In this document: positions 40,307 to 52,507 of the stretch, piece after piece
Layout of the letters: each line of letters starts with the position of its first letter
How positions within the stretch are numbered: the stretch's first letter is position 1
Source of the DNA: Tubulanus polymorphus
Lineage: Eukaryota > Animalia > Nemertea
DNA: 64,000 nucleotides
Direction of reading: 5' to 3'
Assembly: GCF_964204645.1 (NCBI RefSeq)
Contig: NC_134036.1
Coordinates: forward strand, 5,114,600 to 5,178,599
Notes under the pieces: model-generated
Seen by the model: the letters and a program-made list of their open reading frames with translations, nothing else
The model's database searches: none
What the model was told of the DNA's origin: nothing
Program-made: the position numbers and the translations under genes

Positions 40307-42715
40307 TCAGCCGATTGAAGGGTTAGGCTTGTCGATGAGCGATACTTTCCTAGCTACGTCGACGCGTTTAGGGGCTATGCTGTCCATTGAACGGGGCGCG
40401 CCGGGACCTTTTCGGACGTCTTTCAACGACGTGTGCACGAAATTGTGTACGGTGTAAGCGCTTTCCGGTACGGGCTCATTCACGTAGCCCGTTCCGTTCA
40501 AATAGCCACACCACCTTTTCGATTCGGCCTTCGTTGGCTTTTTCTTTTCGCAAATATGTTTTAGTCTATGCGAGTTGTTCTCGTCGAAATGCGGGTTGAA
40601 CCGATGATGAGAAGGTATGTAAATCGCGTCGCAAACGCGCCAGAGTTGCCGCCCGCGAACGCGTTCCTGTTCGTACCGGTCGAGCGCTATCTTAACCATG
40701 AACGGCCCAGTTTTCCAGAGCACTTCGTTCGGGCTTGTCGCGCGGTTGCGCTCGGGCAGGGCTTCGATGATAGCGCCTATTGCCGGGTGGCCGGGCGTCG
40801 AAACCATGAACGAGTTTAAAGGGGTCGATTCGCGGTTGAACATTAGCAGCGTGTGCGCCGGGTGATCTTCGGGTATCAGGGCGGTGATGTGCGCATCTAA
40901 AAGCCGATCAAATCGTCGATGCGCCACGACGTCCATGTCGGCGTAGACGCCGCCGTATTCGTATAGTACGAAATAGCGAAACGCGTCGGCTCGCATTATT
41001 CCGCGCTTGTACGATCGGTAAAGTCCGGCGTACTTCGGGAATCTCCGTCCGACGAAGTCGGCGGCGAGCGCGTCCGTCCAGAACCAGTATTCCCAATCGG
41101 GGTAAATTTTTGACCAGCTGACTGGACTGGCCACCAGCGCCGGCGGGATCGTCGAATTCATCCAGGTTTGGTGGATGCGTTTCGGAACGGCTCCGCACGA
41201 TCGCCGGCCGGGAGTTAGGAATGGCGCGTAGCTGGAGTTTTGCAGCATCTCGGCGATCGTGTCGCCGTATACGAATGTCAGACGCGGGGTCAGCAACGCG
41301 TCCGGTGCGGCCGGGAACTGACTGAAATGATAGATAGGGATTAAGATCACGTTTTGCTCGGATCAAATTGATACTCGAAAATATGCCGTAGCAGAGCAAC
41401 CCGTGTTAATCTGGGACCGGTTTTATAGACTGGCATTATCTTCAATCCGGGGCCTAATTCAATTGAAAATGAATTTAGTAAGCCCCAGGGGCCAGTTGGA
41501 TAGTCATGGCTTAGACCTAAGACCAATCTAAGACCAACTTAGATCTATAGGCAATCTAATAACCCAAGACCAGTCTTAGGATTTGGGACCACTTTTGGAC
41601 TTTAAGTCACGACTGTGCAACTGGCGCCTGGGATAAAGTTGATAGCAGTCTATAAAACCGGACGCTGGAGTCGTAGCTGTAAAACGTGTGGTACTTTGAA
41701 GGTGAACTAGATTTTTTTAGATTCGAGGGTAGCAGTGTTAACCGGGTTTAGAATGAATAACGAGAAGATTAGGACTATATAGGTTAACTAGTTAATTTGA
41801 CGCACGAGCTTTCGCTATTCATGTATAGAAGCTTCATCGGGTGAATGAGTGATTAAACTTCTATACGTCAGTAGCGAAAGCTCGTGCGTCAAATAAATAG
41901 GTTACCCATATAGTACTACTAGTCTCGTTAATTGATTTTGAGTGCAGAGTAACTTCTATCGGGTAAATGAATAAAGTCGATGCAGAAAAGACGGCATTTA
42001 CATAGCGTGAGTGTCACTAATAAGAGAAGACAGAGCGTCATTGTCACTTCATTAACTGTTCAGCTTGTGGTCATATACAGGGCCACTGTCTTGCCACTTA
42101 CTGAGCCCACTTCGGCGTAGTAATTCATTAACTAGGTCAAACGGCTAGGGCGTCTGACTTCGTCCTAGTAATTACGATTAAATCGATTCGATTAATTCTG
42201 TATTATTCCTCTTCGTAACTAGGTCAAAACATTTAGGGCGTTCGGGTCATAGTTTTATGATTCTTAATAAAGGTACTAACATTGTGTAGATATTATTTTT
42301 TGATAGTTTTATTTAGTTGTATACGTCAAAACAGCTGCGCGTTTTGAAATTTCTATAAAAATGATTTCGTATGACAAACGTCAAGCAGCTATGGCGATGG
42401 CCTAAATCGGGCGCGAAAACTCGTATATTTATAGTTATGAACCATAGTTTCCCTGGAATACTAATCCGCCTTGACGTTTTACTGATTCGAAATATCCCGT
42501 AACGTGTCGAGGTGTATATACACGATTAAAGTATTCTCGCTATCCTTTCCTCAACGGCGAATCAGATCGATTTTAGGCGTGGTCTACAGTGATAACGAAT
42601 TCAATACTTACGTTCCCCGTCTAACGATCAAGCCCCGACTGAACGAAACTATCACCAGCGTAACGCAGGCTAGCGCGCAGCACGCGAGCGCTTTTAGCAA
42701 ATATATCCGACGCAT
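40307..42715 (-). CDS. GT32 (DxD, OCH1/SUR1-like) glycosyltransferase A, type II membrane protein; exons 42715-42612 and 41321-40307
   Basis: Motifs VPKRIHQTW, PDWEYWFWTD, RADAFRYFVLYEYGGVYADMD and TGP. The TM exon MRRIYLLKALACCALACVTLVIVSFSRG joins in phase 2 (AC|gtaagt..tttcag|T). Confidence 0.9.
41411..41668. mobile_element. Nested MITEs in the GT32-A intron
   Basis: Outer TIRs ccggttttatagactg / cagtctataaaaccgg. Inner element 41486-41630 with caggggccagttg / caactggcgcctg. Confidence 0.7.
41774..41914. mobile_element. Inverted repeat with a Penelope-type minimal hammerhead-like motif
   Basis: atttgacgcacgagctttcgcta ... tagcgaaagctcgtgcgtcaaat. The minus strand reads CAC-CCGATGA-AGCT...AGC-GAAAGCTC-GTG. 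Confidence 0.55.
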
Positions 42716-44228
42716 CGCGGTACCGCGCGTTATACCATCAAGTACCTGAACCAAAAAAAAACGCGACAAATTACGAAATAACCTGTAACAACCTACTTGA
42801 AGATATAAAATCCCACTTTTACCATACACCGAGCAAACAATGTGTCCGCCGCAATTTAGCTAATGTTGAAACCATCCACAAAACGTAAGTGATATTGACG
42901 AGATACAAAATGGCGGCTTTTTTATCGCAGAAGGGTTAGGATGAGGCTATGAGTAGTTAGAAAGTTGCAATTCGGGGAAAACGCTGGGGGAAAACGTAAG
43001 GTTTGCACCCGTATGCTTGCGTGTTCGAATCCTAATTTTCGTGGATATATGTCTTAGAATTTTCTAAGTCCAACGCGTTCGCGCATGCGCATTGTATTAA
43101 TTTGTGGAGGCTTTCAACAAATTTCAACAAATTGCGTTTCCTCCAGCTAATGAAATATGGCGGTTTCGGATGCAGTTCCAGAGAAAATTATTGCGTCTTA
43201 TAATGCGATTCCGGCAACACCGCAGATGGAGCAACACACAGCCGGTGGTTAGTCGTAGCGAGAATCGATTCGTTTTCGCTGAAATTCGCATTTCGATTGT
43301 CAGCTTTGCAAAATCCGAAAATTATCAAACGAGTCTTCGGATATAGAAATTAGATTCAATTTCTCAATCAATGTAAGGACGTATAGATTTCGTGAAAGTT
43401 GGCTTACTAATAATCGGAAATGTTGACTCGAATTTAGTATTCTGTTTTGTTTTATAACCCATTCGTTTAATATTATTACATATTTAATGCATTTCCTTAT
43501 TCATTAATTTTGTAAAAGTTTTACTTGAAAATAAATCATATCATAATTAGATTTGAAATGTAGCAGGAATTTGGAGTGCGGTAGCCCGGTGCCCAGCTGT
43601 CCTGGCGGTTTACTGCCGATTCCTCGCTTCCCTCGGTAGCCTTGCCGGTATAACATTTAACTGAGATCGTTTGCCCAAAACTCATCTGTCTTAAAGCTAT
43701 TCATAATATGATATGACGCGTGATGAAGCCCGGTCTGAATTTTCGTCCAGGGCTTAAGCGCGCGCATTATGAGATCGTAGATCATTTTGAACGAAGCTTC
43801 CGTTTTGATCGTCTCTTAAAACAACGATAAACTCACCTGAAACGCCGCGTTGAAGTCAATCCGATTTTAGTTAACTTTCGATTCCGCGCGTGCCTTCGTA
43901 ATCCGTAAAATAGAGCCGAGCTCGCGACGACACTATCGCGTCTCAAAGTATTCCACTTCCCATCGTCGCACCGTCGAATACAAGCAAACAAACACGGGCG
44001 TCGACCGTACTCGAGTTGTACCCAAGAGTGGTGTCGAGGGGCCGCGTTAACCCGGCTTCGAATCTCTGAACGTGACAACTAATAGAACTAATAGTCGGTT
44101 AAGTATTTCATTTCAAAAAACGGTAAGAGGTTTCACTATACCGTATACAGTGCTTATTATGTTTATAATCATATCTATATGAAATGTTATGCATGACCAT
44201 CTGTTATAATTCCTCTTGAATATATATT

Positions 44229-44300
<72 letters not shown>

Positions 44301-44959
44301 GCTTTCTTATAGGTTAAGTATTTCGTAGAAACAAAATTGCAAAATAGGAGCTTTCACTGCTAAGAGTACATCAAAAATCAAAAGTAGCTTCATCGGGTAA
44401 ATGAATAATAATGCGGATAGTATTCGAGCCCGAGTATTCGGTTTTTGTTTTATAACCCTTTCAGTTCTACGCCGCAGTGCGGTGTATAATAAATCAAGAG
44501 ATGGACTTTGCTATTACATCGCATCACGGTGTATTGATGTAATTAGTAATTAGTTTTTTATATCTAATGAAAGATGGCAGCACCTGTCAAACATCACGAA
44601 CTGACCGCGCTGCATCGTAGATGTGCTAAAGCGGTTTGTTCCTTATTTAACGCACTGGGGTGGAATTTGAATAGAATTTCAAATGATCTCCAGCGTTTTC
44701 GGGTATCAATTAATCGTCACCGAAATCAGGGTTTTAATTAAGTCCGTAATTTAACCTCCCTATCGTAATAATTTTCAAAGTGAAAAAGGTAGAGATCAAT
44801 TTAGAAAGTTCTCTTTTTTCGGACAAAGGACTTGGTGTGGCCTAGATATCCGCACCGGCAATCCTATCCCAATAAATATATTGTCTAGGATTTACGTGTA
44901 GAAATATATGTAACCTGACGACCACTTATTTGTGGTCACATCTGGTATGCTTTACGCGA

Positions 44960-45123
44960 AGCTTACTATATATCCAAGCAGTCATCTAGATAGTTTATCA
45001 TACTCGATAGTTATTTGTAAAATTAAGAAAATGCTTGTAACTGATAATTACGTTTCCTACACGCTTAATCGTGTTTTTTATGGTGCTTCGCAAGGATCTG
45101 TTCCGTCACCGTTGCCATTCTAA
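44960..45123 (+). mobile_element. Degenerate LINE reverse-transcriptase remnant
   Basis: YGASQGSVPSPLPF resembles the RT motif GVPQGSVLGPLLF. Confidence 0.5.
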
Positions 45124-45295
45124 AATCTTCTAGTTATCTCCGTAAAACTCCTGGCATCTGCTCTCAATGTTTAGAAAGATATCCTCTGATAGTTGTTAAG
45201 ATTATATTGCTATAATCATCATTGTTATCATTAGCATTAGTATTATTAATTCATTAATTACCATTTTACGAGTAATTTAGCGCGTAGTCGACTCG

Positions 45296-46549
45296 TCAGC
45301 CGATTGAAGGGTTGGGCTTGTCGATCAGCGAAACTATGTTAGCTACGTCGACGCGTTTAGGGGCTATACTGTCTATAGAACGGGGCGTACCCGGGCCGTT
45401 TCGAAGGTCTCTCATCGACGTGTGCACGAAATTGTGTACGGTATAAGCGCTGTCCGGTACGGGCTGATTCGCGTAGCCCGATTTGATCAAATAGCTACAC
45501 CACTCCTTCATTTCGGCCGTCTCGAGATTTTTCGTTTGACAAAAGATTTTCAGCCGTTTTTTGTTAGCTTCATCGAAATGCGGGTTGAAATGATGATGAG
45601 AAGGTATGTAAATCGCGTCGCAAACGCGCCAGAGTTGCCGCCCGTGAACGCGTTCCTGTTCGTACCGGTCGAGCGCTATTTGAACCATGAACGGCCCGGT
45701 TTTCCAGAGCACATCGTTCGCGCTTGTCGCGCGGTTGCGCTCGGGCAGGGCTTCGATGATAGCGCCTATTGCCGGGTGACCGGGCGTCGAAACCATGAAC
45801 GAGTTCAAAGGGGTCGATTCGCGGTTGAATATTAGGCGCGAGTGGATCGGATGATCTTCGGGTATCAGGGCGGTGTGCGCGTCTAAAAGCCGGTCGAATC
45901 GCCGGAACACCACGACATCCATGTCGGCGTAGACGCCGCCGTATTCGTACAGTACGAAATAGCGAAACGCGTCGGCTCGCATTATTCCGTGCACGTACGA
46001 TCGGTAAATTTCGGCGTACTTCGGGTATCTCCGCGCGACGAAGTCGGCGGCGAGCGCGTCCGTCCAGAACCAGTATTCCCAATCGGGGTACACTTTGGAC
46101 CAGCTGACTGGGCTGGCTACCAGCGCCGGCGGGATCGTCGAATCCTTCCAGGTTTGGTGGATGCGTTTCGGAACGGCTCCGCACGATCGTCGGCCGGGAG
46201 TTAGGCGCGCGGCGTAGCTGGAGTTTTGCAGCATTTTGGCGATTGCGTCGCCGTATACGAATGTCAAATGCGGGAGTCGAGATTCGTCCGGTGCGGCCGG
46301 GAATAGTCTGAAATTGAAGAGCGATATACAGGTTTCTGAATGAAGGTGAAACATTTCGAGATATTTTGCATCATCGCTCGGAGGTGAAAAGAATTCACAC
46401 GTCCATCGTTTTAAGTGAATCGCTTCTCGATCATCGCGCGCTTACCTCGCCGGCTTTACGAACAAGTCCCGACTGAAAATAACGATCAGTAGCGTTATGC
46501 CGGCTATGGCACTGCATATGAGCACCTTCATCATCGTCACGGGCAGCAT
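45296..46549 (-). CDS. GT32 glycosyltransferase B, tandem paralogue of A; exons 46549-46446 and 46307-45296
   Basis: Same catalytic motifs. TM exon MLPVTMMKVLICSAIAGITLLIVIFSRDLFVKPA has the same 104-nt coding length and the same phase-2 intron (AG|gtaagc..tttcag|A). Confidence 0.9.
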
Positions 46550-47059
46550 AACGCGACCGTGCGCTATGTCATCGGATACCTTAAAAAGCCCAATATTGAA
46601 ATGGTGAAAATACGCTATGTTTTAGCAATGCAGTTGATATAGAAGACGTCTTGGTATCAATGAACATGTGTGTTTTTATTTTTTCTTTCTTCACCACCAT
46701 CTATGTAGTTTGTATGCCGGGGCAAGTGCTGCGCACGCTTTAACTGAAGAAATATTGAATTGACTTGAATTGTGTTGAATTTCATCGCGTGACCGGCTCT
46801 GGAAAACTAAACGAATAGTGAAATAATGTTGACGAATATTGCAGTGAAGCAGCCATAACGGGTTTTCTGCCGAGCCGAAAAAATGGTGCGGATTTGTTCG
46901 GATTCGAACCCGACTGGCACTGCTTCACGAGTGCGATCCGGAAAATACCGAGTCATAATAAGAGGCTGACGGAGATGCCTACAGATGGAGCGTTTAAACT
47001 AAACAACAATCAAACGAATTGAGCAATGAACGAAGAACTCATCGGTCGATTGATAAAGA

Positions 47060-47380
47060 AATTGATATTTTTGCATAAATATGGGAATAAAACTAGCCGA
47101 GCGGATTCCCGATACACGGGAAAACACTATAAGTACTTCTTGAAAAATCATCATCGAGGAAAGGTTTTCTCCTTTCCAGCTACGCCAAACGAGTTGGTAA
47201 ATGGAGAGTAAGCTAATTCGATTCTGATGGTATCGATGGAATTGATATGAAAATGATCAAGAGAGTAATATATCTAATTTAGAAACCCCTGTGTCGTTCC
47301 AATCGAAACCTTCAAACTGGAGTCATACCTTAACACAGCAAAAGTCTGCCCGCTTCACAAAACTGGCGAGGGTAGAATAA
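47060..47380 (+). mobile_element. CR1/L2-type LINE ORF2 remnant
   Basis: Frameshifted translations give YKYFLKN..ATPNELVN, SDGIDGIDMKMIKRV, PLC, LQTGVIP and AKVCPLHKTG, the conserved region just upstream of the RT core. Confidence 0.65.
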
Positions 47381-47789
47381 CAACTGTCTGACGTGTGGAT
47401 GATATGTTTAAAACCTACTATATATTCCGGTCAAAAATCCACTGAATCAACTTCTTCTCCACATTCTATACCGGGCTTGAATGAGATATGACGATCTGTC
47501 GAGTTCGAGGTGTTGCACGTCAGATGTTGTAGTCGCAGTTTCACAGCTGTGTCCTGCCTGTATGCCGGTTGTATAGCCGAGGATAGATATGTACGTCGCG
47601 TGTGCATTCGTTATTCACATTACGTCTTAAAGTTCGCATAAGGAGGAGAGTGAATGAGCACGGAGGGGCCGGGCAGGGAACACCTGAGAAAAAAGCTAAT
47701 TGGAATTGTTTCACGGATTGAATAAGACCTGATACTGATGTTGATGGTGACCTAATCATTCCCAATGGCTTCAATGATTTAGAAATAGT

Positions 47790-48240
47790 ATTGATAAGAT
47801 ACTAATGACGACCACCTCATTCTCGATAGCGATTCATTAAATTATGATTAGTTACTAATGACGACCTTCTCATTCTCGATAACTTCAACGATTCGGTAAA
47901 ATTATGATTAGTTACTAATGACGACCTTCTCATTATCGATAACTTCAACGATTCAGTAAAATTATGATTAGTTACTAATGGCGACCTTCTCATTCTCGAT
48001 AACTTCAACGATTCGGTAAAATTATGATTAGTTACTAATGACGACCTTCTCATTATCGATAACTTCAACGATTCTGTAAAATTATGGTTAGTTACTAATG
48101 ACGAACTTCTCATTCTCGATAACTTCAAAGATTCAGTAAAATCACGATTAGTTACCAATGACGTCCTTTTCGTTCTCAAAAACCTTCGACGATTCATTAT
48201 GAAAGTTTAGTACTTACTAATAACGATGTTCTCATTTCGA
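47790..48240. repeat. 60-bp minisatellite, ~7 units
   Basis: The unit attatgattagttactaatgacgaccttctcattctcgataacttcaacgattcggtaaa repeats in register with the 60-nt lines. A related array starts at ~63840. Confidence 0.97.
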
Positions 48241-48404
48241 ATTCCTCGACATATTTAATTTTCAGCGCGCATTTAGCTTCGTTTAGTTTGGTGGCTTGAC
48301 ATTTTGTCTGCACCATGGAGGTAAGCCTTTTGAAATTTGGTATTTCGAACTGGTCGTTTCTTTATAAACGAACAGTGAGTGTGTGATGCGTGCGGACTGA
48401 AATA

Positions 48405-48888
48405 ATGGCTTCAGACAGTGTATCGGGTGGCGTTCAGTTTCTCGACCTCAACGGATCGACTCCCTTTTCTAGTGTCGGTGATTAGATAGCGTTTATGAGC
48501 TACAGACACATAGATAGTTGTTTGTTAGCCTCTGAAAGCTAATAGAATTGTAACAATGAAAAAGAGTTGTATCTGCATCACTCTTGCGGTGATCATTTCA
48601 GTTCCTAGTGAGTCTAGTAAGAGTTTCGGTAAATATATTCTAATCTATTTCAATCTATTCTATTTTCGTTAAATATATACTAATCGTTCAATCAATCCGT
48701 ACACTAGACGCAAGAGATGGCCTCGGAAGTTTTCCCTATTTGCTAGAAGCATTAATTTGAATTTCCATGTTTTTGTCCGCGCTCCTATATTTACTATACT
48801 CCCGACATTAATAGTGGTTCTAATAACTATCCGATTGATTTTCACGTTGAGACGCGCAGGAGCAGCGAGAAAAACCGTGTCTTCAAAT
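48405..48888 (+). pseudogene. Internally deleted, degraded GPCR pseudogene
   Basis: The N-terminus (atggcttcagacagtgtatcg...ctcaacggatcg) jumps to a decayed TM3-TM4 with stops. It ends just after the TM5/ICL3 block. Confidence 0.88.
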
Positions 48889-49645
48889 CGTTTCGTTTTC
48901 ATTATATTTCCATCTTCGGTCCTCTCGTAAATTTACCGGGCCACATTATTCTCAACAAATGACGTTCAATTCACGCCAGTTTAATCTAATTGAGAGAAAT
49001 CGCAAAATAAATATGAGAAAAAAAACGAGAAACTTGAATAAGAGTAAATACATTTGCGCTAAAGCCTATATCAGCCATCAACAGGCACTGTTCTGAGAAC
49101 AGGAGAATATAACAAGATATCTATACAAGAACAAAACAATAGAACAGAGTGAGTGATTTGAAAGTTGAAAGGGAATATTTTAAAGTAATGAAATAATGGT
49201 TGGAAAACAATAGTAAAGTAAGCAATAGCAATCAAGGGGCATAAACAGATTAAAGTAATTCATAAAAAAGACACATACTTGAACGATTCAAAAGTGAGGA
49301 CAAACTTTAAACGAGATACTTGACTGTTGCGGACGTGTTTTAGTTGACGGTAATTACCTACACCAAGCTTAAAATGATTTAAAACAATTCTAAAGCGAGT
49401 CGTCAATTTATGACAGACGGAAAGGCGCACACAATATTCCGACGCTCGATCCAGACACAAATATCTAGATTTCGACCGACAGCTTTTAAACGACTGGTCG
49501 AGCGAGTTCGAATTATTTCCAATTCCGCGGTTAGTGATCCGATTTAGAGACGTTTGAAATCCCCCCCCCCCATCAGCCCGCCAGGTGCCACGCCAGGGCA
49601 TTATTAGCGGTTTGGTGTTTCTTTTTCCCAATAGGGTAGAGACCA

Positions 49646-49761
49646 GGACCCAGTTCCACATTTTTGTCAGATCGAGTTTACTCTGAGTTAAAGTTAGTTC
49701 ATTTTCAATGAGATTTAAAACTACGAGTCAAATCTTAACTCTGAACTGTGGAACTGGACCC
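49646..49761. mobile_element. Short MITE
   Basis: ggacccagttccaca ... tgtggaactggaccc, with CAG at both boundaries. Confidence 0.65.
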
Positions 49762-50386
49762 AGAGAAGCAGCTTCGACCAGAAACTCGCCATCAGGGTTC
49801 AAACGTTTGGGTTGACCGGCGGCCCAGGGACCGCCCAGGGACCGGCGGCTTTAACCACCCAGCCACTGCGCCTCTCCATTTTCGATTCAACCCACAAGAA
49901 ACCGCTCGATTTCGTGTGCGTCATTTTAGTGGCATCGTCGACCGAGTTGTTGATATCGCCTATACTAAATATTCTTTAGTAAATATATCTCACAGTAGCT
50001 TTATATATTGTTCTGCACTAGGCTACGTATTTGAGATTTTTTTTCAACTTTTCTCATTCAGATCTAGTTTCCAACTCGCCTATTATATAATGGTCGGGTA
50101 TAGATAGAAATTTGCTGCAGCGAAATTACAGGTTTAAAACGGAACGATAGTTTCGCCGATGGTCGTCGACTCGATAATTGCGGTTATTCGATTTCTAGTC
50201 TCTCGGCGTCAGCGAGCGTTTGACTCCGGTGCGGTTTAGTGCATCATTTCGTATCGTAGTCAAACCGTGCGAGGAAGCCGCGATAAGTACGATATAACTC
50301 CGAAGAGTTATAAATTTGGAAGTTCAAACCGATTGTTTCGCTATCATCAACGACCAGTGTCTGCGCGCAGTGTGCAGGCTATATTG

Positions 50387-51231
50387 ATGGCTTCAGAAAA
50401 TGTATCGGTCGGCGCTCATCAGTTTATGATCGACGTCAACGGATCGGACCCGACAACAACCAGCACTGAGAAGGAGGAGGGGTTTAAACCGCGTTCGTGG
50501 TGTAAAGACATCGCGCATCACAACGATTACAAACCGTTTCACGCGAATCTGTATCTACAAATCACGACTTACCTTATCTTTAGCATTTCCATCTTCGGCT
50601 TGGGCACAAATCTACTGTCGTTTATCATCATCAGTAAAGACAGTTCAAACAACACCAGTATATTCTATTTGAGGTGTTTGGCTGTTGCGGACATGTTCAT
50701 GTGTTTGTCTTGTATCGTATTCGACTTTCAGTATGGGCTTTACAAGCATACGCTGTTGCTGGACATGACTGTTGAAATAAACCACGCTATGAAGCGCATC
50801 GGTTCGTACACTAGAAAGATTCGAATCATTTTTTCAGATATCAGCGATATGATAACATTGTTGATAGCTATAGACAGATATATCGTTGTTTGTTGGCCTC
50901 TGAAAGCTGTTCGAATTATAAGTATGAAGAGATGTTATATCTACGTGACTGTCGTTGTGTTCATTTCAGTAAGCGATCAGTTCAAAATTTTTCTCAAGTA
51001 TAATAATCGTCGTTACATTAATCTGTGCACTGGACACGATTTATGGGCACCGACATTGACTCCGTTTGGTCGAAGCAAGTATCTAAGATACTATGAGGTT
51101 TTAGTACGCGCTCCTATTATTACCATAATCCCGACAGTGATAGTGATTCTAATAACTATCCGATTGATTTTCACGTTGAGACGCGCAGGAGCAGCGAGAA
51201 AAGCCATGTCTACAAATAATCAAACTTCTAA

Positions 51232-51266
<35 letters not shown>

Positions 51267-51550
51267 CTGACCGTAGTTTAACTCTGACGTTAGTTCTCAT
51301 TTCGTGTTTCTATTTACTGAAAAAAGCGTTTAGTCTCAGATCAGTAATAACTAACCTCATTCAAACTCTAAACGAACAACTTGGTTTAGTACGCACCGTG
51401 TATTCAGTCACCCAAATTCAAAATATAGTCAGAATGATCGTAGCGTCCAACAATTTCGTCATTTATTGCGCTTCGAGGCGTCGCTTTCGAAATCAACTGA
51501 AGGTGTTGTTTTCGATCAGGCCTAGTCGAAATCATGGCTCAAGAAACTAA
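50387..51550 (+). CDS. Class A GPCR copy 5
   Basis: Paralogue. The ATG at 50387 (MASENVSVGA) aligns with the other copies. Confidence 0.93.
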
Positions 51551-52507
51551 AGAAACGATACAACGAGCTTCTAGATTCTAGAAGTTCATAACGCACTTCA
51601 AACTCGGATGTATAAATTTGCTCTAAATATGGAAAAAAATATAGTTAAAACTACAGATTTTTCGCCTCCACTGTAACAATCAATCCGAAGAGATCGTTTC
51701 CATGAACAGAGATGAAATCTATTTATCTGTCGCTGTGACTTGAAAAAAAAATATTTCGTTTGGTATCCGTACATGTTTTCACTCATCCTCGGTGAATATA
51801 GGAACGTTAAACGTACATTTTTTGAACATTAATGAATATCTATTTTCAAGTGAAACATTAAGTGTGAATTTAGAATAAAAATAGTAAAGATGTGCCATTT
51901 CAATTTTCTCATTCATGTAGATGTCAGATTGTTTGGTATTCTCTGTTGTAACTCTGATCTCACGTCAGGCTGGGTCGTGACCACATGCCGGGTGTATACA
52001 CAAAATCCAAATTCAAATTCAAAACCTATTCAGCGCATAAACGTTAGGAAACATATCGTTCGCGAAACGATATGTTTAAATTGTAATTCGATCCACAAAC
52101 CTATAACGGATAATGGTCAACATGAAATGGGAATACAGCCCTAAAACCATAAAACCGGATTCGATTAAGATTAAACATATCATATCTGACGTCTGGTCCG
52201 TTTCGTTCACGCACATTGAGAGCGACGAAAACGTTCAGATGTGTAGAAAATATTTCTCAATTTCTAAATAAAACTTCATATTTTACTATATTTCTCACTG
52301 TGGATAGATAGATACCATCTTTTTTTCCTTTCGATTCAGATCGTGTTTCCCAGTCTCTGAATGCGATGGTTAGATAGACGAAACTTTAGCGAAATTGCAG
52401 GTTTAAATGGTAAAGACAGTTTCACTGTTGGGCGTCAACAGAACTGCGGTATTTTTATTTCCATTCGCTCAGCGTCAGCGCGCGTTTGACTTTGTGCAGA
52501 CAGTTTG

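Noticed and set aside
40387-46204. Alternative-frame and antisense ORFs of 70-204 aa over the GT32 exons
   Set aside because: Shadow ORFs caused by high GC and stop-codon scarcity.
46880-46945. tRNA-like minus-strand segment (GGTTCGAATCC...CCA, then a T-run)
   Set aside because: I could not fold a cloverleaf with an acceptor stem and D-arm. At most a SINE or tRNA relic, as is 38090-38165.
47817-48197. 126-aa repetitive ORF, or a CRISPR-like array
   Set aside because: It is a translation of the 60-bp minisatellite. Units are contiguous with no unique spacers, there are no cas genes, and the context is eukaryotic.
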